NCBI GenBank assembly: GCA_029550865.1
Contig: JAKPGM010000006.1
Location: forward strand, 9,373-73,372
Direction of reading: 5' to 3'
Origin: Bacteroidota bacterium
Lineage (GTDB): Bacteria > Bacteroidota > Bacteroidia > Bacteroidales > DTGW01
Length of the DNA: 64,000 bases
Below, in pieces: positions 12,335 through 21,359 of this stretch. A model generated the notes under the pieces. That model did no database searches and had not been told where the DNA came from. It saw nothing but the letters and a program-made list of their open reading frames with translations. Within the stretch, counting starts at the first letter, position 1, and every line of letters starts with the position of its first letter. The position numbers were made by a program, and so were the translations under genes.

Positions 12335-12575
12335 GATTTTTTTTTTAAATATCAATATGCCAGAAAAATATTTTTTTATCCCCAAACAAATTTATTTTTT
12401 GAGATGGCCAGATGAAAACCGCATGTATCAAGGCACTGACTGTTGGAAAGCAAGCCGGTAAAATGATTTTTTCTGTTTATTTGCATTCAGCACCTCTACA
12501 CTCGCTTCGATAAAAGTTGTTTTTCCATTATCCATCTTAATTTTCTGGCTATAATGACAGGGGATACCTGTTGCT

Positions 12576-13748
12576 TTATGTATTTTGATCTTTTCTCTCA
12601 ATGTATAAAAATGGTAGATCTATTTTTTTGCGTTTTTCCTGCTTATGCAAAATATTATCGGGACGATTGTTGTGGACATAATTGTATATCAGCGAGTCGA
12701 ATGTTTCCTGTTTATTTTCAAGGAATTCGATTTGAATGGGCAAATAATAGAACACCTTTTTCATATCCTCTTCCAATGAATTAAAAGCACTAATTTTAGT
12801 AGCGTCTTTCTCAGTTGTAATTAGGAAACACTTCTTTTTTTCAGAAATTTCGGCAAATAGTTCGATTATTTGGTGTAAATCGCGAGCGGAATAATTATAA
12901 TGGTCGGCGAATTGAAATACATGAACGGTAGCGAAAAAATTTTCCAGGTATTGTACCATCCCTTCATTCCGTGCGATACCACTTATCACAATAATTTCGT
13001 CGGTTTGTGCAGCAATATCTTCGGGCTTAAAAGCGGGTGAATTGGGGTCAAACACGGATATTAATGGAAGATAGGTAATCTTTGTAAAAAATACTTTTTG
13101 ATAGGCATACTGTATGAGCTGTTTTTCAAGCAGTCTTAACTCAATAGGTTTAACTGTATCGGGGCATTTTGTAACAATAATGATATCGGCTCGGTCGCGA
13201 GAAGAGGCCGGTTCGCGAAGTCGTCCTGCTGGCAGTAGATAATCGTCAAAGATATTTCGTGTGTAGTCGACCAGCAAAATGGAAATGCCTGGTTTAACAT
13301 ATCGGTGCTGGTAAGCATCATCGAGGATAATTACTTGAAGGTCGGGGATAAGTTTTTGCAGTTTTTCAATACCGCGTGTTCGCTTAGCATCGACTGCTAC
13401 TGCGACATTCTTGAATTTTCGCTTAATTTGCAAGGGTTCATCCCCTATCTGAGCAGCAGTGGAATTTTCGTGAGCCAGAAAAAAACCTTTAGTTTTTCTT
13501 TTGTATCCTCTGCTCAACGTTGCCACAACGAATTTTTTTGAAAGTAATTGCACTAAATACTCTACATGTGGGGTTTTGCCGGTACCACCGACAGTTAGGT
13601 TACCCACAGAGATTATAGGTATATCGTATTCTTTCGAAGGTAGAATATTTAAATCGAACAAGATATTTCGTACCCATACCACCATTCCATATAAAAACGA
13701 CAAGGGGAACAATGCAAACTTCTGAAATTGAGCAAGTTTGTTTTTCAT
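12576..13748 (-). CDS. lpxK: Tetraacyldisaccharide 4-prime-kinase (lipid A biosynthesis)
   Basis: 390-aa ORF with P-loop context ISVGNLTVGGTGKTPHVEYL and N-terminal membrane anchor, typical LpxK. Confidence 0.85.
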   Translation of the reverse strand: MKNKLAQFQKFALFPLSFLYGMVVWVRNILFDLNILPSKEYDIPIISVGNLTVGGTGKTPHVEYLVQLLSKKFVVATLSRGYKRKTKGFFLAHENSTAAQIGDEPLQIKRKFKNVAVAVDAKRTRGIEKLQKLIPDLQVIILDDAYQHRYVKPGISILLVDYTRNIFDDYLLPAGRLREPASSRDRADIIIVTKCPDTVKPIELRLLEKQLIQYAYQKVFFTKITYLPLISVFDPNSPAFKPEDIAAQTDEIIVISGIARNEGMVQYLENFFATVHVFQFADHYNYSARDLHQIIELFAEISEKKKCFLITTEKDATKISAFNSLEEDMKKVFYYLPIQIEFLENKQETFDSLIYNYVHNNRPDNILHKQEKRKKIDLPFLYIERKDQNT

Positions 13749-13822
13749 TCGGTTATTTTTTTAGAAGCCGCAATTTAATAAATGTATAGGACATAGCATA
13801 AATAATGTAGTATCATCAAATG

Positions 13823-14572
13823 CTATTTTATAGTATGCAAAAGCTGCTGTCGGACTTTTTCATAGAGTATTATTCCGGCCGCTACTGCTGCATTTAGGGA
13901 ATTTATTTTGCCCAAAACAGGAATACGAATATGGCTGTGACATAGACGAAGGATTTCGGGGGAAATACCTTTCCCTTCGGAACCAATGACGATAGCTGAT
14001 GGCTGAGTTAAATCTGCCTCGAAATAGAGCTGTGAACCTTTTTCGGTTGCAGCATATAATAATATTCCAGAATCTTTCAGAAATTTAACTGAATCAATCA
14101 GACTCGACACGCGGCATACATTTATGGTATGGAGAGCACCCGAAGATGTTTTTATAGCATCGGCATTTATAAGAGCAGAGCCTTTCTCCGGAACGATGAT
14201 TGCATGCACCCCGGCACATTCTGCTGTTCGCGCTATGCTACCAAAATTTCTTACATCTGTAACATGATCGAGCACAAGAAAAAAAGGTGTCTGTCCTTCT
14301 TCAAACAACTGTGGTACAATTTGTTCAATGGGTTGGTAGCTTATTTGCGAAAGAAATGCAATGACCCCCTGGTGATTTTTACTGGTAATTTTATCGAGTC
14401 GTACCGGAGGCACAAACTGATATGGCACCTGATGATCGCGACAATATTTTAAAATTTCGCCCAAAACCGGGCCTGTAAACTCTTTTTTGAGGATAACTCT
14501 TTCCAGTTCCTTGCCGGATCGAATGGCCTCGAGTACTGCATGAATACCATAAATAACCTGCGATTTTGCCAT
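13823..14572 (-). CDS. rlmB: SpoU/TrmH-family RNA 2-prime-O-methyltransferase (RlmB-like)
   Basis: 249-aa ORF with an N-terminal SpoU_sub_bind-like region (IYGIHAVLEAI) and C-terminal motifs LVLDHVTDVRNFGSIARTA, VIGSEGKGIS and IPVLGKINSLNAAVAAGIILYE. Confidence 0.8.
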   Translation of the reverse strand: MAKSQVIYGIHAVLEAIRSGKELERVILKKEFTGPVLGEILKYCRDHQVPYQFVPPVRLDKITSKNHQGVIAFLSQISYQPIEQIVPQLFEEGQTPFFLVLDHVTDVRNFGSIARTAECAGVHAIIVPEKGSALINADAIKTSSGALHTINVCRVSSLIDSVKFLKDSGILLYAATEKGSQLYFEADLTQPSAIVIGSEGKGISPEILRLCHSHIRIPVLGKINSLNAAVAAGIILYEKVRQQLLHTIK

Positions 14573-14574
14573 AT

Positions 14575-16527
14575 TTAACTATTTTGAAGAAAAATGTCCT
14601 TTTGTTTTTGAAGTTCCTCCAGCAAGGTATGATATTTCTCCCAGCTATTCATTTGCTCTGCGATACGATGCTGAATTTCCTGATATGAAATAAAAAACTC
14701 CTCATCGGTAGGCGGGGTTGTAGCAAGAATATGGTTCATTTCCTCTAACTTTCGTTCAAGTTCACCAATCAACTGCTCGGTATCTGCAATGTTGCGTTGA
14801 ATTTTCTTGATTTCCTTATCCAGCTCTTTTTTTTCAAAATAAAGCGCTTTTTTCTCAGAACTTTGTGGAATGTTAGAAGAAACTTTTTGAGAAGTTGAAT
14901 GCTGAAATTCCTGAAGGGAGTTAAATTTTTTCTTTTGAAGAAAATCGTAGATACTTCCGCGAAATTCAAATATTTTTCGATTGCTTACCTCGTATATCTT
15001 GTCGACCAGGCCATCGAGGAAATCGCGATCGTGGGAAACGACAATGAGGGTGCCCTGATAATTTAACAGAGCCTGCTTGAGAATATCTTTCGAACGCATA
15101 TCAAGGTGGTTGGTAGGTTCGTCGAGTACAAGCAAATTATAAGGTTCAAGCAGCAGCTTAGCGATTGCCAATCTTGAACGTTCTCCTCCACTAAGCACCT
15201 TTACCTTTTTATATATATCATCACCGCTAAAAAGGAAAGCGCCCAGGATATCGCGCAATTTGGTTCTCACCTCACCCACTGCCACACGATCGAGGGTATC
15301 GAATACTGTAAGCTCCTCGTCAAAAAGTTCATCCTGATTCTGCGCAAAATAGCCCACCCGTACATTATGACCCAGCTTTACTGTGCCTTCATATTCGAGT
15401 TCTCCAACGATGATCTTCGAGAGTGTGGTTTTTCCTTCGCCATTTTTGCCCACCAGGGCAATACGTTCGCCACGTTCGATAGTAAGATCAATATTGCTGA
15501 AAATCACATGCTCACCAAAAGCCTTCGTAAGGTTTTTTACTTCAAGAACGATTTTTCCAGAAGGGATAGGCTGAGGGAAACGAATATTAAGACTGCGGAC
15601 ATCATCGGGTTCAATCTCAATCCGTTCAAGCTTTTCGAGTTGTTTGATGCGCGACTGTACCTGAGAAGCTTTTGTTGCTTTGTACCTAAAGCGTTCGATA
15701 AACTCCTGGGTGTCGGCAATGAGTTTTTGCTGATTCTGAAAGGCAGCAAGTTGTTGTTCGCGTCGTTCGGCTTTTTGTTGAAGGTATTGCGAGTAATTAG
15801 CTTTGTAATCATATATTTTGCCCAGCGATAATTCAAGCGTTCGCGAGGTAACGGTATCCAGGAACTTGCGGTCGTGCGAAACAACAATAACAGCGCCAGG
15901 ATAAGTAGCAAGATACTCCTCGAGCCAGGCGATGGACTCAATATCCAAATGGTTGGTAGGTTCGTCGAGGAGCAACAAATGGGCAGGCTGAAGAAGTATT
16001 TTTGCCAATTCAATACGCATACGCCAACCGCCCGAAAAGGTAGCAGTAGGGCGGTTAAAATCAGATGGGTTAAATCCCAGTCCAACCAGTGTTCTTTCGG
16101 CACGCCCTCTTGCATGTTCACCATCGCTTAATAGGTACAATTCATTAAGGTCGCTCAACTGGTGAATTAACCGTTGATAATCATCACTCTCGTAGTCGGT
16201 TCGCTCGGCTAACTGCTGCTGCAGGTATTCGATACGACTACGCATGTTTATCAGGTCGGCAAAGGCCTGCATCGTTGCCTCTATTACCGTATACTGATTG
16301 TGCACGCTCAATTGTTGGGGTAAATAGCTAACCCTGAAGTCGACAGGAAAAGTAATTTGCCCTGCATCGGGCTGACATTGGCCAGCCAACATGCGTAGTA
16401 AGGTTGATTTTCCAGCCCCATTTCTTCCTACCAGACCAATTCTATCCTTTGGATGAACGGTAAAGCTAACTCCCCTGAACAGCTCAAAACCACCAAAACT
16501 CAGCACTATATCATTTAAGGCCACCAT
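14575..16527 (-). CDS. ABC-F family ATPase (two ABC domains plus C-terminal coiled coil, no TMD)
   Basis: 650-aa ORF with two Walker A sites (GRNGAGKST, GKNGEGKTT), two LSGG signatures (FSGGWRMR, LSGGERSR) and no membrane domain. Confidence 0.88.
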   Translation of the reverse strand: MVALNDIVLSFGGFELFRGVSFTVHPKDRIGLVGRNGAGKSTLLRMLAGQCQPDAGQITFPVDFRVSYLPQQLSVHNQYTVIEATMQAFADLINMRSRIEYLQQQLAERTDYESDDYQRLIHQLSDLNELYLLSDGEHARGRAERTLVGLGFNPSDFNRPTATFSGGWRMRIELAKILLQPAHLLLLDEPTNHLDIESIAWLEEYLATYPGAVIVVSHDRKFLDTVTSRTLELSLGKIYDYKANYSQYLQQKAERREQQLAAFQNQQKLIADTQEFIERFRYKATKASQVQSRIKQLEKLERIEIEPDDVRSLNIRFPQPIPSGKIVLEVKNLTKAFGEHVIFSNIDLTIERGERIALVGKNGEGKTTLSKIIVGELEYEGTVKLGHNVRVGYFAQNQDELFDEELTVFDTLDRVAVGEVRTKLRDILGAFLFSGDDIYKKVKVLSGGERSRLAIAKLLLEPYNLLVLDEPTNHLDMRSKDILKQALLNYQGTLIVVSHDRDFLDGLVDKIYEVSNRKIFEFRGSIYDFLQKKKFNSLQEFQHSTSQKVSSNIPQSSEKKALYFEKKELDKEIKKIQRNIADTEQLIGELERKLEEMNHILATTPPTDEEFFISYQEIQHRIAEQMNSWEKYHTLLEELQKQKDIFLQNS

Positions 16528-16550
16528 ACTTATAATGGTAAAAAAGTGTA

Positions 16551-16558
16551 CAAAGATA
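16551..16558 (-). promoter_or_regulatory. Candidate -7 box (TATCTTTG) for the ABC-F gene
   Basis: Plus strand reads CAAAGATA, 24 nt upstream of the minus-strand ATG at 16527. Confidence 0.4.
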
Positions 16559-16646
16559 GCGATTTACAACTATTCAGCAGACAATTAACTATTACTGGTA
16601 ATAATTATTTAAGACAACGACACGAAAATATCCATCAAAAAGTAAT

Positions 16647-16654
16647 TATCTTTG
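16647..16654 (+). promoter_or_regulatory. Candidate -7 box (TATCTTTG) for the LRR/ankyrin gene
   Basis: TAtcTTTG lies 23 nt upstream of the ATG at 16677. Confidence 0.4.
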
Positions 16655-16676
16655 ACAGGGAAATACACTTTTTGAC

Positions 16677-17648
16677 ATGGGCCTTTGGTTTCTAACGGGA
16701 AAAAAGCACAGGCAAAAAAAACTCATTGCATGGGGACAAAAATATAAAATTGAGTCACTGCGCGATGAATATGCTATTACCAAAGTAACTAATTTAAAAA
16801 TCAACCACAAACGTATCGATAAGCTAACTCCTTATATTGATTGCGCAGAGCAAATTGAAGTATTGGGCTTACGTTATAATCAATTAACCGACCTACCTGA
16901 AGAATTAAGCCGGTTAAAAAATTTGCGGGAACTACATCTGGGATTTAATCGGTTTAAAAATATACCAAAAGTTATTTACCACTTACCCCAACTTGAAGTG
17001 CTAACCCTTGAAGCAAACGAAATACAGCGAATTGATGAAGAAATCGTATCCCTCCAGCAGCTGAAAGATTTAGATTTAATGGCCAACCAAATTACCGAAT
17101 TACCTGAAAATATCGGGGAACTAAAAAATCTGTCACGTCTAATTCTGGCCATCAATCAATTATCGAAGTTGCCGGATTCTTTTTCCGAGCTTGAGAATCT
17201 AACCACATTGGAACTTTGGCTGAATAAATTCGAGGAGTTGCCTGAAGCGGTACAAAAACTGCCTAAACTAAAAAATTTTCAAGCTGTGCTTGATTCTGAA
17301 CAACTTAACAAAACATTGATGTGGGCAGTTATTGGGGATAATGTACATCTGGCCGATAAGCTGATAGCCAGAGGAGCTGATGTGAACTACAAGGACCGTA
17401 GCAGCGATAATAGTATATTTACTACCCCCCTTTTTGAAGCTAAAAGCATTAGCATGATCACTCTTTTGCTTACCATGGGAGCAGACCCCTTCATGGAAAG
17501 AGAAATTATCAAAAGAGTAAAAACTCGAGAAGGGGAAGTTTTGAAAATGACAGGAAAATTTGAGTCTTTTATCACCATGAAACACCCGAAAGAAATTGAA
17601 AAATATAAGCAAGCTTATCTTAATACCCTGAAATTATTAGAAAAATAA
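16677..17648 (+). CDS. Leucine-rich-repeat plus ankyrin-repeat protein
   Basis: 323-aa ORF with six consecutive 23-residue LxxLxLxxNxhxxLPxxhxxLxx repeats (LEVLGLRYNQLTDLPEELSRLKN ... LTTLELWLNKFEELPEAVQKLPK). Ankyrin-like segments follow (GDNVHLADKLIARGADVNYKD; TPLFEAKSISMITLLLTMGADP). Confidence 0.8.
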   Translation: MGLWFLTGKKHRQKKLIAWGQKYKIESLRDEYAITKVTNLKINHKRIDKLTPYIDCAEQIEVLGLRYNQLTDLPEELSRLKNLRELHLGFNRFKNIPKVIYHLPQLEVLTLEANEIQRIDEEIVSLQQLKDLDLMANQITELPENIGELKNLSRLILAINQLSKLPDSFSELENLTTLELWLNKFEELPEAVQKLPKLKNFQAVLDSEQLNKTLMWAVIGDNVHLADKLIARGADVNYKDRSSDNSIFTTPLFEAKSISMITLLLTMGADPFMEREIIKRVKTREGEVLKMTGKFESFITMKHPKEIEKYKQAYLNTLKLLEK

Positions 17649-17667
17649 AGGGATTGCAATATTTGGA

Positions 17668-18576
17668 ATGAAGTTATTACCTTTGCGGAAAAACAAGATG
17701 CAACCCGTTAGAATAGGATTGATTCAACTGACGGCAACAGCCAACAAGCAGGAAAACATACTTCGTACCCTTAACCACATGAAGCAGGCAGTGAGCCAGG
17801 GTGCACAAATCATTTGTCTGCAGGAATTGTTTGCCACCTTATACTTTTGCGATACCGAGGATCATCAACACTTTGCTCTGGCAGAACCGATAGATGGTCC
17901 AACTATTAAGCAAATGCAAGATTTTGCTCGTACCCATGAAGTGGTTGTTATTGTACCCTTTTTTGAACAACGGGCAAGGGGGCTTTTTCATAACTCGGCG
18001 GCGGTGATCGATGCCGACGGTTCAATATTAGGATATTATCGGAAGAATCATATACCCGATGACCCAGGTTTCTACGAAAAATTCTATTTTACGCCAGGCG
18101 ATACGGGCTATCGTATTTTTCGTACTCGCTATGCCAATATTGGTGTGCTGATATGCTGGGACCAGTGGTTCCCCGAAGCTGCACGAATTACCAGTCTGAT
18201 GGGAGCAGATATTATTTTTTATCCCACCGCCATAGGTTGGGAACTGGAGAGCACCCCAGAGACTGAAACCGAACAATACCAGGCATGGCAGCTGATACAA
18301 CGTTCTCATGCAGTGTCCAATGGGGTTTTTGTAGTGTCAGTCAATCGGGTAGGTAAAGAAGCAGTCACACGATTCTGGGGTGGTTCGTTCGTGAGCAATC
18401 CTTTTGGCGCTATCATATACCAGGCACCTCACGACAAAGAAGAGGTACAGGTAATAACCATCGACCTTGACCAGATTCAGCATTACCGTACGGTATGGCC
18501 TTTCTTACGTGATCGCCGGATTGACACCTATCATCCCATATTAAAACGATACCTCGATGACGAATCCAACGCCTAA
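17668..18576 (+). CDS. aguB: N-carbamoylputrescine amidase (carbon-nitrogen hydrolase family)
   Basis: 302-aa ORF. The nitrilase-superfamily catalytic triad context is visible (ICLQELF; YRKNHIPD; IGVLICWDQWFPE). It is adjacent to and overlaps aguA. The start could be the Met at 17698. Confidence 0.85.
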   Translation: MKLLPLRKNKMQPVRIGLIQLTATANKQENILRTLNHMKQAVSQGAQIICLQELFATLYFCDTEDHQHFALAEPIDGPTIKQMQDFARTHEVVVIVPFFEQRARGLFHNSAAVIDADGSILGYYRKNHIPDDPGFYEKFYFTPGDTGYRIFRTRYANIGVLICWDQWFPEAARITSLMGADIIFYPTAIGWELESTPETETEQYQAWQLIQRSHAVSNGVFVVSVNRVGKEAVTRFWGGSFVSNPFGAIIYQAPHDKEEVQVITIDLDQIQHYRTVWPFLRDRRIDTYHPILKRYLDDESNA

Positions 18577-19609
18577 GCAACAAGGTTACTTTTTCCCTGC
18601 AGAATGGACTGCTCATGAGGCTACCTGGCTTACATGGCCTTATCGAGATGATTCATTTTTAGCAACACTTGACAAAATATATCCCTCGTATTGCCAATTT
18701 ATAAGCTATATCGCACGTTCCGAAAAGGTACGCATATTGGTTCCATCAGCCCAGGAAGCTCGTCGTGCCAGTGAAATGATTCAAGCCGCCGGCGCCAATA
18801 TGTCGTCGATTGAGCTGTTTGTGTATGCAACTAACGACGTATGGTGCCGTGATCATGGCCCCGCCTTTTTGATACCCCAAAATAAGAAAGAGCCAAAAGT
18901 CATCGTCGATTGGGAATTTAACGCATGGGGAAATAAATATCCAAGCCATCTCGACAATGGAGTACCCGCATTTATAGCCCAACAGCTGGGATTAAAAACT
19001 TTTCGGCCGGGCATCATTATGGAAGGTGGTTCGGTCGACTTTAATGGTGCCGGCACTTTGCTTACAACAGAAGCTTGCCTGCTCAACCCTAACCGAAACC
19101 CCCACTTATCGCAGGCAAAAATTGAAGAATACCTGCGCGAATATTATGGTGTTGATCAAATTCTCTGGTTAGGTGATGGGATTGTAGGCGACGATACCGA
19201 TGGCCATGTAGACGACATTTGCCGATTTGTGAATGAAGATACGGTAATAGCGACAATAGAATCGAAAACCAGTGATGACAATTATGCCCCCTTACAGGAT
19301 AACCTAAAAAGACTAAAAAGTGCCAGGCTTATCAATGGTCGTCAGCTCAATATTATTGAACTTCCCATGCCTCATCCTGTTGTTTATCAAGGGCAACGCT
19401 TACCTGCATCCTATGCCAATTTTTACATTTGCAATAGTGGGGTAATGGTTCCTGTTTTTCGCTGTAAAGAAGACAACATTGCCCTGAAGATTATAGAACA
19501 AGCTTTTCCCACTCGAACGATATATGATATTGACTGTTCTTTTATTGTGACAGGTTTTGGCACATTGCATTGCCTGAGTCAACAGGAACCTTTATTAAAA
19601 GTCGATTAA
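18557..19609 (+). CDS. aguA: Agmatine deiminase
   Basis: 350-aa ORF with FPAEWTAHEATWLTWP, VWCRDHGP, GGSVDFNGAGTLLTTE and the C-terminal GTLHCLSQQEP catalytic Cys motif typical of agmatine deiminase (PAD_porph family). Confidence 0.9.
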   Translation: MTNPTPKQQGYFFPAEWTAHEATWLTWPYRDDSFLATLDKIYPSYCQFISYIARSEKVRILVPSAQEARRASEMIQAAGANMSSIELFVYATNDVWCRDHGPAFLIPQNKKEPKVIVDWEFNAWGNKYPSHLDNGVPAFIAQQLGLKTFRPGIIMEGGSVDFNGAGTLLTTEACLLNPNRNPHLSQAKIEEYLREYYGVDQILWLGDGIVGDDTDGHVDDICRFVNEDTVIATIESKTSDDNYAPLQDNLKRLKSARLINGRQLNIIELPMPHPVVYQGQRLPASYANFYICNSGVMVPVFRCKEDNIALKIIEQAFPTRTIYDIDCSFIVTGFGTLHCLSQQEPLLKVD

Positions 19610-19635
19610 AAAACGCCCCGCTTTGAGCAGGGCGT
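19608..19635 (-). terminator. Intrinsic terminator for the GH5 gene (also caps aguA)
   Basis: Hairpin ACGCCC(19613-19618)/GGGCGT(19630-19635). On the minus strand it is followed by a T-run (complement of AAAAA at 19608-19612). It lies between convergent genes. Confidence 0.6.
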
Positions 19636-19658
19636 ACACCTACACCTTATGAAAAAGT

Positions 19659-20615
19659 TTACAACTTATTATAAACCACCGAGAAGTAGGAACTCAGGGA
19701 GAAGGAAGTAGCAGTAGGGTTTTGAGCCCAGCTGGGGGTTACCATATTCATGCTACCACCATCGCCATTCCAGCACCATCCAAGGATAGTCCAACCCTTA
19801 CTTTTGGCATAATCGACCACTGCTGACCAATCGCAACTGCCGCTACCGCCATTACCAAACTCACCAATAATACATGGACGCCCAGCCGAAGCCAGATCGT
19901 CAATATCGGAAGTATTTACCCAACGGTTTTTAGCTTGATTCCATGCTCCAGGATATATGTGCATCGAGAGAACAATCTTGGTATCATTGATTTTTACTCC
20001 ACCAGTATTGTAACCCTTAACAGCGGCAGCCAGAGTAGCACTTTCCTGACCCCATCCCGGAGCGTCAATGATAATGTATCCACTATACACCTGTCGTACA
20101 ATGGCAATGGCCTCGTTGTAATATTGCGCCACCGTAGCAGCCGAAACGTTATGGCTGCCCCATTCATTCATCAGATTGATGGTAAACGAGCCATTGGCAG
20201 CCAGCGCAGCATAATTAGTCTTCCACCAGTTAGCAGCAGCTATCAGCTCACTTTTGCTGTCGGTGCCCAGCACAGATGCCTTATGGTAGGTACATATCAA
20301 ATTATAACCCGCCGACTTAAGCTCCTTAATCCACGATTTGGCCTGAGTAACCTTGTCGGGCTCAATCTCGATACGTACCGTCTTAATTTTGGTCTGCTGC
20401 TTCATCAGACTGGTTCCCAAATTAGGATACCCATTGTTGTAATACGAGGGTTGAATGTTCACCCCGTTACCCCATCCGTTGGTAAGTTTTAGTGAAGGGT
20501 TGTGCACCAACACTGTTTCATCTTCGTTCCGACTACAGGAACCAAGCAGGGCTATCAACATCAAGGCACCCGCACACTTCCACATGAATGTGGAAAAGAA
20601 AACTTTTGTCTTCAT
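19659..20615 (-). CDS. Glycoside hydrolase family 5 lipoprotein (endoglucanase/mannanase-like)
   Basis: 318-aa ORF with a lipoprotein signal (LIALLGSCSRNED). A GH5-type acid/base motif NLMNEWG and nucleophile motif CIIGEFG are spaced as in the (beta/alpha)8 clan GH-A. Confidence 0.75.
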   Translation of the reverse strand: MKTKVFFSTFMWKCAGALMLIALLGSCSRNEDETVLVHNPSLKLTNGWGNGVNIQPSYYNNGYPNLGTSLMKQQTKIKTVRIEIEPDKVTQAKSWIKELKSAGYNLICTYHKASVLGTDSKSELIAAANWWKTNYAALAANGSFTINLMNEWGSHNVSAATVAQYYNEAIAIVRQVYSGYIIIDAPGWGQESATLAAAVKGYNTGGVKINDTKIVLSMHIYPGAWNQAKNRWVNTSDIDDLASAGRPCIIGEFGNGGSGSCDWSAVVDYAKSKGWTILGWCWNGDGGSMNMVTPSWAQNPTATSFSLSSYFSVVYNKL

Positions 20616-20657
20616 AGTTTTTGGTTTAATTGGTTAGTAAAAATGTTAAACGCATTT

Positions 20658-20665
20658 CAAAATTA
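20658..20665 (-). promoter_or_regulatory. Candidate -7 box (TAATTTTG) for the GH5 gene
   Basis: Plus strand reads CAAAATTA, 43 nt upstream of the minus-strand ATG at 20615. Confidence 0.35.
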
Positions 20666-21143
20666 TAGCACTCCTTACCCAACCGTGGGTATTTTTGTAA
20701 ATCTTATGGAGGGTATGTGTTAAAACTACACTAAGAATGTATCAAAAAGGTTAAATTTTGTATTCGAAGCTTAACGTGCTGATTTTCTAATTAAAGCAAA
20801 AAGAACCAGGAATGTATACCTGATCGCTGAAGATTCTAATTCCCCCATGTTTTGCCAAACTATTCAAAGTGCATCAATTGTTGTATCTGATTAAATAGCC
20901 AAGAAGCTTACCTATCCGCAAAATTTATGGGTTTGGAACCATTCATAATACCCTACTTAAAGGTGACATATGGAAAAAATCGTATAGATGAGCAAAATCA
21001 TATTGATCCGCCATGCGGCATGCACAGGTACTTTTAGAGGTCTTTTACTCGATTTGTTATGCAGGTAATGAAACATTTTAATGAATGTTTCACATAAAGT
21101 GTAATCACTCGAGGTTAGGAAGAAATTGTCAATTAAACAATTT

Positions 21144-21247
21144 TGGATTATGAAACGAGCATGTATAGCAGTATTCACAAACGAGTATGAATATTTATCA
21201 TTTTTGTACTTGCCTATGTGTAGGAAACTCATCACATGTGGGTTCCA
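21144..21247. repeat. Direct repeat copy A (~104 nt), paired with copy B at 24278..24385
   Basis: By-eye alignment: TGGATTA..AAACGAGCAtGTATaGcAGTATTCAcAA...ATGAAtAT..ATCATT...CCTATgTGTAgGaAACTCA...TG.G.GTTCCA against copy B. About 70 percent identity over ~95 aligned nt, same orientation. Confidence 0.7.
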
Positions 21248-21330
21248 TCCGACCATTAAAAACATTAAAATATTTTCGAATGAATAAATTAATTGCTTTT
21301 TTCTATACATTTGTCAATCTTTTTTTTGCA

Positions 21331-21338
21331 TATTTTTG
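21331..21338 (+). promoter_or_regulatory. Candidate -7 box (TATTTTTG) for the Nudix-regulator/symporter module
   Basis: TAttTTTG lies 21 nt upstream of the ATG at 21360. Confidence 0.45.
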
Positions 21339-21359
21339 CACAAATCCAATACATAACGC

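Noticed and set aside
12428-12535. 35-aa minus-strand ORF (MDNGKTTFIEASVEVLNANKQKKSFYRLAFQQSVP) downstream of lpxK, with an A-run that could hide a frameshift
   Set aside because: Its N-terminus vaguely resembles HARE-HTH-type starts. The continuation in either frame does not match that fold, and it is too short to support. It is left as unannotated spacer upstream of the rpsL promoter.
15537-16124. 195-aa alternative-frame ORF within the ABC-F gene
   Set aside because: It is on the same strand as, but out of frame with, a gene that has unmistakable Walker and signature motifs. Its composition is Leu/Ser/Pro-rich.
20676-20697. Hairpin TACCCA-ACCG-TGGGTA followed by TTTTT on the plus strand, overlapping a TAtTTTTG-like box
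   Set aside because: No plus-strand gene lies upstream for it to terminate, and nothing recognisable follows within 650 nt for it to promote. A 6-bp stem in AT-rich spacer is weak evidence either way.
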